The notes: generated from the sequence alone by a model not told the origin. Shown: positions 8,687 to 18,504, counted from the stretch's first letter. The stretch: 32,000 nucleotides of DNA from Vibrio alginolyticus NBRC 15630 = ATCC 17749 (GCF_000354175.2 NC_022349.1:600001-632000); one strand, 5' to 3'. Program-made: numbers and translations.

Positions 8687-9721
8687 ATGGAGATGAACGT
8701 TTACAACAGGTATTATGATTTTTTTGACGTTAGTTCCATTGGTGGCATGAAAATACTGATATGTGATGACTCAGCTGTTGCAAGAAAGCTTATTGCGCGT
8801 TCTATCGTACAAGATACATCATTGCATCTTATTGAAGCGCAAGATGGTTATGAGGCGCTTAATATTCTTGCTGAGCAAAATATCGATATTTTGTTTCTCG
8901 ATTTAACGATGCCCATAATGGATGGTTTTGAGGTCCTCGAATCATTACCTGTTAGTCAGTACCCGACCAAAATCGTCATTATTTCTGGAGATGTTCAACA
9001 AGAGGCAAAACAGCGCTGTCTCGATCTTGGTGCTCAAGCTTTTATCGCTAAGCCTCTGACAGAAGAGCAGGTGCTCCCACTATACGAACAATTAGGGCTG
9101 CATTATGCGTTCAAACCTAGTCATTCGGTTGATTCTAAAAACCAGGGTTGCGAAGAGCTTTCCTTACTAGCCAAATTCCGTGAAATTGCGAACATTGCCC
9201 TTGGTAAAGGGGCTGCGATTATGGCTGACCATTTACATGAGTTCATCCAACTTCCTGTTCCTCATGTTGGACCGTTGTCCTACGGCGAGCTTCATATGAC
9301 ACTGGTTGATGTGGTTGGGCGTGACAGTTCCGTTGCGGTAGCGCAGAGGTTTGTCGGTGGTGGTATTCACGGAGAGGCACTGGTGTGCTTACGTGGTAGG
9401 GATATCAATCAGATTGGGGAAAAATTAGGTTACCTCCTTGAGTTTACGCCTCATAATGAAATCATCTTGAATATCTCTAACCTACTGGTTTCGTCATTTC
9501 TCACATCATTGGGCGATCAACTCGACAAGCAGTTCTCACTTCGTCAGCCAGGCATTGTGGATACCTTAACACCTTATTGTGAAGAGCAAGGCGAGTTGGG
9601 TGAGCTCTTTACTATCGAATACACCTACATGGCAGAAGCGCTCGATTTCGAGTGCGAGGTACTGTTTTTAATTGATAAGCCATCCGTAGAAATAATCTAT
9701 GAAATCATGGAGCTAATCTAA
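8687..9721 (+). CDS. Response regulator: REC domain fused to a CheC/CheX/FliY-like domain
   Basis: REC signatures: MKILICDDS, phospho-acceptor FLDLTMP, IISG, AKP. C-terminal half: FREIANIALGKGAAIMADHL (CheC-family E-x2-N-I-x-x-G-x-AA pattern) with N-x22-P. A second pseudo-repeat, NISN-x22-P, has E replaced by N. The true start may be the ATG at 8747 (MKILICDD); no good SD precedes any candidate start. Confidence 0.8.
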   Translation: MEMNVYNRYYDFFDVSSIGGMKILICDDSAVARKLIARSIVQDTSLHLIEAQDGYEALNILAEQNIDILFLDLTMPIMDGFEVLESLPVSQYPTKIVIISGDVQQEAKQRCLDLGAQAFIAKPLTEEQVLPLYEQLGLHYAFKPSHSVDSKNQGCEELSLLAKFREIANIALGKGAAIMADHLHEFIQLPVPHVGPLSYGELHMTLVDVVGRDSSVAVAQRFVGGGIHGEALVCLRGRDINQIGEKLGYLLEFTPHNEIILNISNLLVSSFLTSLGDQLDKQFSLRQPGIVDTLTPYCEEQGELGELFTIEYTYMAEALDFECEVLFLIDKPSVEIIYEIMELI

Positions 9722-10683
9722 TGTCCGATATCACGCTGGACATAGCAGACTTTCATTGGGTCACACAAATTCTCGATACGATGGATTCAGGGCTTATTGT
9801 TTTGGATCAAGAGTATAAAGTGTGTGTGTGGAACAGTTTTATGCAGTCATACAGTGGCATTCTATCACAAGAAATTCTTGGTGAATGTTTATTTGAGCAT
9901 TTTGAAGAGCTGCCAAGAACTTGGCTAGAAACCAAGATAAAAGCTGCCGCCGATCTGGAAACTCGTTCTTTTTCTAGCTGGGAAAACCGACCGTATCTTT
10001 TTAAGTTCAACAATTTTTCTCCGGTTTCAAACAGCAGTGATTTTATGTATCAAGATATCGTGATCACGCCGTTAATTGGGCTCTCAGGAGAGGTCAGCCA
10101 CATAGCGATTCAAGTCAATGATGTTTCTGAAACTGCGAGAAATCGCATTCATTTGAAAGAAACAAATCAACATTTGTCGGAAATCAGTCGCAAAGATGGT
10201 TTAACAGGTTTATTTAATCGCGCTTATTGGGAGCAATCATTGAAAGATGAGTTTGCTCACTTAAAAGTTATCGACGGACCATGCTCATTAGTAATATTCG
10301 ATATCGACCACTTTAAGAAGGTGAATGATACTTATGGTCACCCGACAGGGGACGAAGTCATTCGTCGAACCTCTGCCTTGTTGAGAAAAACAGCAAGAAG
10401 CAGTGACATCTGCGGTCGTTTTGGTGGTGAAGAGTTTACCGTACTACTTCCTCACACAAACCAGGAGCAAGCTTGCTATTTCGCAGAGCGTTTGCGCAAA
10501 AGAATTGAGCAAGAGATCGTGAAAGTGGAAGATTTTTTGATTAATTACACGATAAGTATTGGTGTTTGCGAGTATAAGCCTTATTTTGAAACTCACACTC
10601 AATGGTTAAAGAGTGCCGATGCTGCGCTGTATCGTGCAAAAGAAAATGGTCGTAACCAAACCTGTTTGCATGAAAATGGCTGA
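9721..10683 (+). CDS. PAS-domain diguanylate cyclase (GGDEF)
   Basis: 320 aa. Active site RFGGEEF, with an RxxD I-site (RSSD) exactly 5 residues upstream. N-terminal PAS-like region of about 130 aa. The start overlaps the upstream stop (TAATG), with GGAG 8 nt upstream. Confidence 0.9.
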   Translation: MSDITLDIADFHWVTQILDTMDSGLIVLDQEYKVCVWNSFMQSYSGILSQEILGECLFEHFEELPRTWLETKIKAAADLETRSFSSWENRPYLFKFNNFSPVSNSSDFMYQDIVITPLIGLSGEVSHIAIQVNDVSETARNRIHLKETNQHLSEISRKDGLTGLFNRAYWEQSLKDEFAHLKVIDGPCSLVIFDIDHFKKVNDTYGHPTGDEVIRRTSALLRKTARSSDICGRFGGEEFTVLLPHTNQEQACYFAERLRKRIEQEIVKVEDFLINYTISIGVCEYKPYFETHTQWLKSADAALYRAKENGRNQTCLHENG

Positions 10684-10873
10684 AATATAAAAAGGTTTGA
10701 AGAAACCCTGTATCCGAATTCAGTGAAGCAAAGCTCAATTGTTTGAAAATCATCCAGTTGGTTCGTGAATGTTTGTTAATATGAAATAAGTTAATGAAAT
10801 TTTCTCGGCATGTCTTACTATTGAAACTATTCTGCTTTCAGCTTCGAAGGCTTGCAATAAACGGAGAAAAACA

Positions 10874-11218
10874 GTGGTTTTAGAAACCGATGGATATCTC
10901 GCTCTTATCGAGCACTTGTCTCTAAATCTAGATATTTTTACGACCGAAATTGGCGACACTGGATCCGAAAGCATCGAAGATGTTGTCACCGATATGGTGG
11001 CTTCAAACATCATGGCGATTTTTGAGCAAAATCCAGAACTTCACTCGAGCGTACGTTTCAAATTGTTGAAAGAGGCTGATGCAGTTGTTGAAGATCTTGC
11101 TGAGATATTGGCTGGGGTATGGCATAAAAAAGCGACCAATGAACAGATCACGTTCCTTGATGAATACATCGCTCTGGTCAAAAATCTGTTCGATAATGCT
11201 GTTGCGACTTACGACTGA
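10874..11218 (+). CDS. Small acidic cytoplasmic protein of unknown function (possibly DUF3802; uncertain)
   Basis: 114 aa with a GTG start and GGAG 7 nt upstream. Followed by a strong hairpin. No motifs recognised. Confidence 0.55.
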   Translation: MVLETDGYLALIEHLSLNLDIFTTEIGDTGSESIEDVVTDMVASNIMAIFEQNPELHSSVRFKLLKEADAVVEDLAEILAGVWHKKATNEQITFLDEYIALVKNLFDNAVATYD

Positions 11219-11254
11219 TATTGTTTTAACTTACAGCAATGTCCGGTTAAGAGT

Positions 11255-11281
11255 AAGAAGAGTTACATTGTAACTCTTCTT
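11255..11281. terminator. 13-bp perfect inverted repeat between convergent genes, overlapping the NlpC/P60 stop codon
   Basis: AAGAAGAGTTACA-t-TGTAACTCTTCTT. The minus-strand gene's final codons (RRVTM*) are encoded inside the stem. Confidence 0.6.
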
Positions 11282-11757
11282 ATTTGCCAAAACTTAGATG
11301 CCCAGTATGGGTTGTCGATTCTTGAAATAATCACACCTCTAGACGTCGATGCATGCATGAACTGCTTGTTACCCAAGTAAATTCCGACATGATAAGTTGT
11401 ACGTCTTGTTTTAAAAAACACTAGATCCCCTTGCTTGGCATCCGTCCAACTTAACTCCACACCTTGCGTTGATTGCTGCCTCGTTGTCCTTGGTAACGAG
11501 AGCTGATAAGCCTCAATAAACGCTTTTTGTACAAATGCTGAGCAATCAATTCCAGATTTCTGTGTCCCGCCTAAGCGATAAGGCGTGCCGTGCCACTCTG
11601 TGTAAAACTCGAACAAGTCGGGGTTGTCCGACAATAGCTGATTTGTAGGTGCTGTCACTTGAGCTTGCTCACTAGGCTCAGGCCCAGAAGAGCAGGCGCT
11701 TAGTAGCACACTGATTATCAAAGGAAAATATACTCGACGCAAATCACCACCTGTCAT
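11263..11757 (-). CDS. NlpC/P60 (C40) peptidoglycan endopeptidase lipoprotein
   Basis: 164 aa. Lipobox LLSAC, catalytic Cys in SGIDCSAFV, His in YHVGIYLG. Confidence 0.88.
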   Translation of the reverse strand: MTGGDLRRVYFPLIISVLLSACSSGPEPSEQAQVTAPTNQLLSDNPDLFEFYTEWHGTPYRLGGTQKSGIDCSAFVQKAFIEAYQLSLPRTTRQQSTQGVELSWTDAKQGDLVFFKTRRTTYHVGIYLGNKQFMHASTSRGVIISRIDNPYWASKFWQIRRVTM

Positions 11758-11891
11758 CTCTATGACTCACAACTGAAATATTAGTGTCATAACCAATCCA
11801 TAGTATGGGCTGCAAATCACGGTTTTGTCTCACAAATGTGACGGAATCACTGCAGAACCGATTCAACCTTAAGAAAGAATAAAAATTGATT

Positions 11892-13910
11892 ATGGCAAAG
11901 CGAAAACGCTCACGCACATCACTTTCACTGATTCAGGCTGTCAGTGCAACATTTTTAACTATCATTGCTCTTGTTATAGCCCTTTCTGTCTCAAGTTTCA
12001 AAGGAATGGAACAGGTAGGGGAACAATTTGAAGACTTGTCGCAAAAAGCATTACCAATCGCGATGGCAAACGCAAAGTTAACCAGGAATGTATTGGAGAT
12101 GGTTAAGCTACTCAACCATGGTATGCAGATTACTGAGCCGAAAGAGTTGCCTCTCGTAAAAGAGCAAATCGACTCTCTTGCAACTCAAAGCACAACTTTG
12201 GTTGTGAAAGCGTCTGGTGTAGCTCAGCAACTCTCGGAGGAGTTAGACACCAAACTAGCGCGTTTACATAACATCACGCAGTCCATTTTGTTGAAGCAAT
12301 CTTCGGTGATACAAATTCAAATGGATATTGATGCCGCTGTTGGTGGTTTTCGCTATGGGCTTAGCTCTATCGGCCCGGAAATGAATCGAATCAGTTCGTT
12401 CCTTAGTGCTGATAATCCTGAGTCGAGCGATGCCGCTAACCGTTTCATTGCTTCTGCAAGCTCAATGGAAAGTACGTTCTTAGTCATGATGATGCACTCA
12501 GAATTAAACAAAGCCGAAAAAGAATACCGAGAAATGCGAAATCGCATAGCAGGTATTAAACTCGCCTATGAAGACTTCCAATCTTTCCATCCTGAAGTAA
12601 GTGAATATGCAAGCTTAACCGCACCATATGAGATGGTGAAACAAGGCTTTAGTGAAAAGGGCGTGCTGCGTTTGATCCTCGCCAAACTAGAACAAGGGGA
12701 ATTGCAACGTTCAGAGTTTAAACAGGCTTCGATGCTTGCGGATGAAACCATGCGGTTACTTGATCAAATCTCCCAAACCGCTGGTCAGTTGATCGATGAA
12801 AAGGAGCGGGTGGTCAACGAGACCATTGAATCGGTGAGCGTTGTGCTCGTGTTTGCGGCGTGTGTGATTTCTTTTATTATTCTTGTTACTTGGTTTAGTC
12901 TCAAGTCATGGACAAACCGAGGGTTAAGGAATGTACTAACGCGTCTTTCAGCACTTACCGAACATGATTTTCGTGACAAGGCAGAAGAAGTTGGCCCCTA
13001 TGAGCTGAAAGAAGTAGCACGAAAGTTGAATCAAGTAATCGATTCCACACATGACTCCATTCAAACGGTGACGCGCAATTGTGAAACGCTTTATCAGACG
13101 GCAGAAGTAAGTCACAGTGCAGCCGAACAAACAAGTGATGGGTTGGCAACACAAAATGAAGCGTTGTCGAGTATGATCACGACCATAACGCAGCTTGAAG
13201 CCTCTATTCGTGAAATAGCAATGGTGACAAATGCATCTTCACAGGACTCGCTCCTTGCAACCCAACACACTGAAAAAGGGGTTCAAGTCGTGGAACAAAA
13301 CCGCGAACGTTTGGAGTCATTAGAAAGCTCTTTGGATGTAAATGAACAGTCAATGTTAGAGCTAGACCAGCGTGTTAAACAGATTCGTGAAATGGTGGAT
13401 ATGATCAGTGGGATCGCGGACAACACCAACTTACTTGCTCTCAACGCGGCAATAGAGGCTGCCCGTGCTGGTGAGCAAGGGCGTGGATTTGCGGTTGTCG
13501 CTGATGAAGTTCGCAAACTTGCAAGTGATACCTCTCAACAAACTACGAACATCCGAGAAATGATGAGCGAGCTTATTACTGCCGCAGAGCGCTCGCGCCA
13601 AGCAGTTAATGATTCAAGAGAAGAAATGACCCACGCGCTACAGTCCAGCAATGAAGTGAAATCGACATTCTCTGATATCAACCTCGCGGTTAAGCACATT
13701 CAAGAACGTGTTGAGCAAATCTCAGTTGCTACAGAAGAACAAGAACGAGCGACGGCAGATGTATCTCAATCCATCACACATATTTCTGATCTTGGCGAAC
13801 GCACAAAGCTGCAGCTTGAGTCTATGGTTGAGAGTTCTGAGCAAGTGGCGGAAATTGCTGGGCACCAGCAAGCAATGCTGCACAAGTATGAGCTTCATCA
13901 GACCAAGTAA
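11892..13910 (+). CDS. Methyl-accepting chemotaxis protein with a large helical periplasmic sensor
   Basis: TM1 around residue 20 and TM2 around residue 320, then HAMP. Signalling hairpin [34 protein letters not shown]. The ATG at 11892 is preferred over the track's TTG at 11886. Confidence 0.92.
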   Translation: MAKRKRSRTSLSLIQAVSATFLTIIALVIALSVSSFKGMEQVGEQFEDLSQKALPIAMANAKLTRNVLEMVKLLNHGMQITEPKELPLVKEQIDSLATQSTTLVVKASGVAQQLSEELDTKLARLHNITQSILLKQSSVIQIQMDIDAAVGGFRYGLSSIGPEMNRISSFLSADNPESSDAANRFIASASSMESTFLVMMMHSELNKAEKEYREMRNRIAGIKLAYEDFQSFHPEVSEYASLTAPYEMVKQGFSEKGVLRLILAKLEQGELQRSEFKQASMLADETMRLLDQISQTAGQLIDEKERVVNETIESVSVVLVFAACVISFIILVTWFSLKSWTNRGLRNVLTRLSALTEHDFRDKAEEVGPYELKEVARKLNQVIDSTHDSIQTVTRNCETLYQTAEVSHSAAEQTSDGLATQNEALSSMITTITQLEASIREIAMVTNASSQDSLLATQHTEKGVQVVEQNRERLESLESSLDVNEQSMLELDQRVKQIREMVDMISGIADNTNLLALNAAIEAARAGEQGRGFAVVADEVRKLASDTSQQTTNIREMMSELITAAERSRQAVNDSREEMTHALQSSNEVKSTFSDINLAVKHIQERVEQISVATEEQERATADVSQSITHISDLGERTKLQLESMVESSEQVAEIAGHQQAMLHKYELHQTK

Positions 13911-13933
13911 ATGAGATGTTTCCACCGACTAAA

Positions 13934-13958
13934 AGCAGAACCTCGGTTCTGCTTTTTT
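13934..13958 (+). terminator. Rho-independent terminator after the MCP gene
   Basis: AGCAGAACC-tc-GGTTCTGCT followed by TTTTTT. Confidence 0.8.
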
Positions 13959-14180
13959 GTTACGGCTACTCATTTAATGGCTCCTATTTGCATCGCAAAA
14001 GTGAGTTACATCTCATCTCGTTCATTTCTAAAGGGTTTAGTTATCACAACGTGATGTTAATGCTTTGTTCGAGGGACTCGTTGACTAGAATGTCGCCAGA
14101 ATTCAAAGGAATGAATCATGCAGCTTCATGCGATTTTTTTATATCCAGAGAAAGCTAAAGCCATAAGAAGGAGTGGTTTT

Positions 14181-14594
14181 GTGATCGATAAAGTTTGCCC
14201 CGTCGTTCTACGTAATCAAAATCAAGAGATCCTACTTTTTAAACATCCGTTGGCGGGTGTTCAGCTCGTCAAGGGCACTGTTGAAGTGTTTGATGAAAGT
14301 TACATCATAGCGGCCAAGCGGGAGCTCGCTGAGGAGTCTGGTATCACACATGTTCATTCCGCACGATATTTATGCTCATGGGACAGTGGCTTTCAAAATC
14401 AAGTATGGCATTTTGTTTTGTGTGAGTGTGCTGACCTCGCTAATTCATGGCTGTTTCATACGCAAGACGATGGTGGACATGATTTCGCGTTCTTCTGGCA
14501 CGATGTCGAGAGCGGCCTTCCCGCGAATGCACATACTGTGTTTCAGCGCGGGCTGGAAAAGGTACGAGAGTTGATAAACCAAGGCGTGATTTAA
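14181..14594 (+). CDS. NUDIX hydrolase
   Basis: Nudix box core E-x7-RELAEESGI. The GTG at 14181 has AAGGAG 8 nt upstream, giving 137 aa. The track's ATG at 14118 lacks an SD. Confidence 0.8.
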   Translation: MIDKVCPVVLRNQNQEILLFKHPLAGVQLVKGTVEVFDESYIIAAKRELAEESGITHVHSARYLCSWDSGFQNQVWHFVLCECADLANSWLFHTQDDGGHDFAFFWHDVESGLPANAHTVFQRGLEKVRELINQGVI

Positions 14595-14609
14595 AGGAGG
14601 ATTCTGTCG

Positions 14610-14750
14610 TTGCATTGGCGGATTTGGGACAATGACAAAGCAAACACTATGCTAAATAAAGAAGGTAGAGCAGCCGTTACTGTTCTCATCGTGTTGATAA
14701 TGGCACTGTCGATCTCAAAAATGGCGATGGGATTACAAATGTTTAAGTGA
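14610..14750 (+). CDS. Candidate unannotated small membrane protein (46 aa from TTG, or 33 aa from the ATG at 14649)
   Basis: AGGAGG at 14595-14600 lies 9 nt before the TTG at 14610. Translation: MHWRIWDNDKANTMLNKEGRAAVTVLIVLIMALSISKMAMGLQMFK, with one hydrophobic helix. It sits between the NUDIX stop and the next membrane-protein gene. Too short for the ORF track. Confidence 0.35.
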   Translation: MHWRIWDNDKANTMLNKEGRAAVTVLIVLIMALSISKMAMGLQMFK

Positions 14751-14792
14751 CTTCTATATGCTTTGCTCATTCATTCAGATAAGGAAACGGTA

Positions 14793-15173
14793 ATGGATAA
14801 ATTCGTCGTGTTTCTCTTATGCCTTTTTATGACAGTTGGCGGAGTGGTTCATCTTTATGACAACATTGTTGGTGGCTTTTTACCTTACGATTTTGCGCCA
14901 CGCTGGTTGAATATGTATTGGAGCGCTTTGGGACTATTGGACTTATTAGCAGCGTATCTATTGGTCAAGCATCGCCGCTCTGGCCTAGTCGTTATGTTAT
15001 TGATTCTTATAACCAATGTTATCTTTAGTTCCCACGCTCACTATACATTAGAAATATTAGATAACAACGTCGCCCTACAAATGAAGACACTGTTTTTAGG
15101 GTTCTCATTTGGGGTATCTATCTGGTTATGGAATGCGCGAAAACATAGTCAATCGCGCCAAATATTTCGTTAA
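14793..15173 (+). CDS. Integral membrane protein of unknown function (about 4 TM)
   Basis: 126 aa from the ATG at 14793 (AAGGAA 7 nt upstream): MDKFVVFLLCLFMTVGGVVHLY... The track start at 14763 is 10 codons upstream. Confidence 0.65.
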   Translation: MDKFVVFLLCLFMTVGGVVHLYDNIVGGFLPYDFAPRWLNMYWSALGLLDLLAAYLLVKHRRSGLVVMLLILITNVIFSSHAHYTLEILDNNVALQMKTLFLGFSFGVSIWLWNARKHSQSRQIFR

Positions 15174-15221
15174 TTATTATTTTCACAACACTCGATTAAG
15201 GATTGTAAACAGGGACTCGTT

Positions 15222-15440
15222 ATGAACGATTTTAAAGACTTGGCCAGTTTTGCTGGTTTCAGCGTACTGACAGGTTTGAGCTTTGCCACCACTTTCTTCA
15301 GCCTTGCTTTTCTATACAGCTCAATAGAGGCACAGCAAGTAATGAACACCAATGCTTTGGCATGTGCAGTGCTTGGTGTTGTTGGTTTATTTGTTGGTAT
15401 TACTCAGCTAAACAAAAAGCGTCAGCTAGCAGAAAACTAA
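15222..15440 (+). CDS. Small two-TM membrane protein of unknown function
   Basis: 72 aa with two hydrophobic helices (FAGFSVLTGLSFATTFFSLAFLY; ALACAVLGVVGLFVGI). AGGGA lies 6 nt upstream. Confidence 0.5.
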   Translation: MNDFKDLASFAGFSVLTGLSFATTFFSLAFLYSSIEAQQVMNTNALACAVLGVVGLFVGITQLNKKRQLAEN

Positions 15441-15543
15441 TCTGTTCTTACACATCATGAGGATGAAGTAGTGTTTAACTGGGGTTTAGGCTTGGTCTAT
15501 TCGTTTTGTTGACATACTTCATCCAACAATATTTTTTCAACCA

Positions 15544-16365
15544 TTACTTCTTCTCTTTATTGTAGCGAAAGGGCTGCGTTAACAGCTTATCTAATCTTTG
15601 CTCTTCTTCGTCTCTAATTTCCGGCACACCAATAACAACATCTTCATGACCCAACTTAGGCTGAGCTCGGTATGTCCCAAAAAAGCGGTCCCAAACTGAA
15701 AGGAAAAAACCAAAGTTTGAGTGGGTCTCTTTTACTATCACTGAATGGTGCACGCGATGCATGTCTGGTGTAACGATGACGTTTCGCAGTTTTTGGTCCA
15801 TAGATAAAGCCAGTTTTGCATTACTGTGATTAAACATCGCGCTCGCATTAAGCACAATTTCAAATACCACAATTCCGATAGGTGAAACACCTAAGATAAA
15901 CACGGCTGCAATTTTTACTCCCATTGAAATGATTATTTCGAAGGGATGAAAGCGTGCGCCTGTAGTGACGTCTATGTCGAGATCGGCGTGATGCATTCGG
16001 TGAATCTTCCACAGCGGCTTTACATGATGAAAGACAACATGCTGAGCGTAAATGACGAAATCAAGCAAAATGACGGTTAGAAAAATATTTAACCAAGCGG
16101 GGAGGGACAGAATATTGAGCAGCCCCCATTGTTGCTCCTGAGCTATGACCGCAGCTTGAAAGGCGGCGATAGGCATGATTAAAGCAATAACTAGGCTGTT
16201 AAAAGCGACCAATGACAAGTTATTGACCCAGCGAAACCTGCGCGAAGCGGTCAGTGTTTTTCTAGGCAATTTGTTTTCCCAAATGGCACAAAGCAATAAT
16301 ACGCCAAGGAAAAAGCCTAATCTGAGCCATGAGGGTTCTTGAAATGTCGTTTCTGTCACTGTCAT
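15544..16365 (-). CDS. Fatty acid hydroxylase / sterol desaturase superfamily membrane protein
   Basis: 273 aa. Histidine boxes HVVFHH, HRMHH and HRVHH. Multiple TM helices. Confidence 0.85.
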   Translation of the reverse strand: MTVTETTFQEPSWLRLGFFLGVLLLCAIWENKLPRKTLTASRRFRWVNNLSLVAFNSLVIALIMPIAAFQAAVIAQEQQWGLLNILSLPAWLNIFLTVILLDFVIYAQHVVFHHVKPLWKIHRMHHADLDIDVTTGARFHPFEIIISMGVKIAAVFILGVSPIGIVVFEIVLNASAMFNHSNAKLALSMDQKLRNVIVTPDMHRVHHSVIVKETHSNFGFFLSVWDRFFGTYRAQPKLGHEDVVIGVPEIRDEEEQRLDKLLTQPFRYNKEKK

Positions 16366-16499
16366 TCCCTTATTTATTTCTTTATCTATGACCGAGATAA
16401 GAGTGAAATTATTTCAACACACTGCTGATGGGCTTATCTTGAGGCGAAGCCATAATATCAGTAGAATCGCGCTCTACTTTTTACTTGGCATTACTTACC

Positions 16500-17249
16500 A
16501 TGAGAATTCACGCTTTCCACCGTTTATATCAGTACCGACAATCTATCTCAACCAAGCCTTTCAACGCGCGTGGATGTAAAGTGGTTCGTTGCCAATATTG
16601 CCAGGTTTCTGAGCAACACTGTTTGTGCGACCTTCAGCCAAACATCAAGGCCAATATTGCATGTATGTTGATTGTTTCTGAAAACGAAGTGTTTAAGCCA
16701 AGTAATACCGGTCGTCTAATCGCTGATACGATTCAAGAGACTTACGTGTATCAATGGAACCGAACAGAACCGTCTGAAGAGATGCTAGCGCTACTACAGG
16801 ATGACAGTTACCAACCGGTGATTGTATTTCCTGCAGACTATGTGGATGATCCCTCTCGTTTAATTGAAGATCTAGAGCCAGGGCGATTGGTAAAAGAAGA
16901 TGTCGAGAACAAAAAATGGTTGCTGATCTTTATTGATGGTAGCTGGCGTGAGGCACGAAAGATATTCCGTCGTTCTGATTTTCTTAAATCTTTGCCTGTG
17001 CTTTCCATTGAGCCGGAATCTCTGTCTGAATACATCATGCGCCGCTCCGAGAATGAGCAGCATCTTTCAACCGCCGAAGTCGCGACATTAGTTTTAAAAC
17101 AAGCTGGTGAGCCGAAAGCTGCGGAATGCCTTCAATTGTGGTTTGAAGCCTTCAGAGAAACTTACATGCTGAGCAAGACTCGAGTCAAAAACGACCCTAA
17201 CCAGCCACACTTGAAACGTTTCAAAGAGTGGATGAAAACCGAGAGCTGA
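16500..17249 (+). CDS. tapT: DTW-domain tRNA-uridine aminocarboxypropyltransferase (YfiP/TapT-like)
   Basis: N-terminal Cys cluster CQYCQVSEQHCLC. DTW-type motif FIDGSWREARK. The ATG at 16500 is preferred over the track's TTG at 16485. Confidence 0.78.
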   Translation: MRIHAFHRLYQYRQSISTKPFNARGCKVVRCQYCQVSEQHCLCDLQPNIKANIACMLIVSENEVFKPSNTGRLIADTIQETYVYQWNRTEPSEEMLALLQDDSYQPVIVFPADYVDDPSRLIEDLEPGRLVKEDVENKKWLLIFIDGSWREARKIFRRSDFLKSLPVLSIEPESLSEYIMRRSENEQHLSTAEVATLVLKQAGEPKAAECLQLWFEAFRETYMLSKTRVKNDPNQPHLKRFKEWMKTES

Positions 17250-17424
17250 CTCTAAGGAATGAGCTTTTGTTGATGGTATGTTGTTCAACTGGCTTCGGTG
17301 AGGGGATAAATCTGCATTCGGTCACGGTTTGCAGGCGTACAGATATGGATAATGCCATCAGTTTATACTTTTGACTCTAGCCATTTTTGAGAGTCGTTTG
17401 AAGCATTTTTTAGGAGAGAAATAC

Positions 17425-18333
17425 ATGTATTACGGCTTTGATGTCGGCGGCACTAAAATTGAATTTGGTGCATTTAACGAGAAGCTTGAGCGTGTAGCGA
17501 CGGAACGTGTACCTACACCAACAGACAACTACGAGCTGCTGGTTGATACCATTGCGGAATTGGTGAACAAATACGATACAGAGTTTGGCTGCGAAGGTAC
17601 GATTGGTCTTGGCCTACCAGGTATGGAAGACGCCGATGATGCAACGGTACTAACAGTTAACGTTCCTGCGGCAAAAGGCAAACCACTTCGTGCTGATCTG
17701 GAAGCTAAAATCGGTCGCAGCGTAAAAATTGAAAACGATGCAAACTGTTTCGCGCTTTCTGAAGCCTGGGACGAAGATCTTCAAGATGAACCATCTGTAC
17801 TAGGTTTGATCCTTGGTACTGGTTTTGGTGGCGGCTTTATCTACGAAGGCAAAGTATTCTCTGGCCGCAACCACGTAGCGGGTGAGGTGGGTCACACACG
17901 TCTTCCTATCGACGCATGGTTCCACCTAGGCGAAAACGCACCATTACTGGGTTGTGGCTGTGGCAACAAAGGCTGTTTAGATAGCTACCTATCTGGTCGT
18001 GGTTTCGAGCTTCTTTACGCGCATTACTACGGCGAAGAGAAGAAAGCGATCGACATTATTAAAGCGCACGTAGAGGGTGAGGAGAAAGCAGTAGAGCACG
18101 TCGAGCGCTTTATGGAGCTGCTAGCGATCTGCTTTGCAAACCTGTTTACTGCAACAGACCCACACACCGTTGTACTTGGTGGCGGCTTATCTAACTTCGA
18201 ATTGATTTACGAAGAGATGCCAAAACGCATCCCTAAACACTTATTGTCTGTGGCTAAGTGTCCTAAGATCATCAAAGCAAAACACGGTGATTCAGGTGGT
18301 GTACGCGGCGCTGCGTTCTTAAACATCAAGTAA
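17425..18333 (+). CDS. nagK: N-acetyl-D-glucosamine kinase (ROK family)
   Basis: 302 aa from the ATG at 17425 (AGGAGA 7 nt upstream). [16 protein letters not shown] zinc motif [17 protein letters not shown]. Length matches E. coli NagK (about 303 aa). Confidence 0.9.
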   Translation: MYYGFDVGGTKIEFGAFNEKLERVATERVPTPTDNYELLVDTIAELVNKYDTEFGCEGTIGLGLPGMEDADDATVLTVNVPAAKGKPLRADLEAKIGRSVKIENDANCFALSEAWDEDLQDEPSVLGLILGTGFGGGFIYEGKVFSGRNHVAGEVGHTRLPIDAWFHLGENAPLLGCGCGNKGCLDSYLSGRGFELLYAHYYGEEKKAIDIIKAHVEGEEKAVEHVERFMELLAICFANLFTATDPHTVVLGGGLSNFELIYEEMPKRIPKHLLSVAKCPKIIKAKHGDSGGVRGAAFLNIK

Positions 18334-18372
18334 TGACTTAAACCTTACTCGATATAAAGTAAGAAGAAATTT

Positions 18373-18413
18373 AAAGCCCCGTTTAGACTTTCAAGGTTAA
18401 ACGGGGCTTTTAC
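18373..18413 (+). terminator. Rho-independent terminator after nagK
   Basis: AAAGCCCCGTTTA-(12 nt)-TAAACGGGGCTTT followed by a T-rich run. Confidence 0.8.
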
Positions 18414-18474
18414 TTATATACCTAAGTAATTTCGGTATGCTCGGGTATAGATCATGAACAAAAGTAGCATGCAT

Positions 18475-18504
18475 AAAAAACTCACGACGAATCGTGAGTT
18501 TTCT
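18475..18504 (-). terminator. Rho-independent terminator after the 88-aa gene
   Basis: Minus strand: CTCACGA-ttcg-TCGTGAG followed by TTTTTT. Confidence 0.75.

Noticed and set aside
10541-11013. Minus-strand ORFs of 70 and 87 aa
   Set aside because: One lies antisense to the GGDEF 3' end and the other to the SD-supported 114-aa plus-strand gene. Neither has an RBS or a terminator.
12353-13516. Minus-strand ORFs of 61-77 aa inside the MCP gene
   Set aside because: They lie antisense to the conserved MCP signalling domain, so they are shadow ORFs.
13916-14158. 80-aa plus-strand ORF after the MCP gene
   Set aside because: It starts inside or just before the MCP terminator hairpin and runs through promoter-like AT-rich DNA. 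It has no SD.
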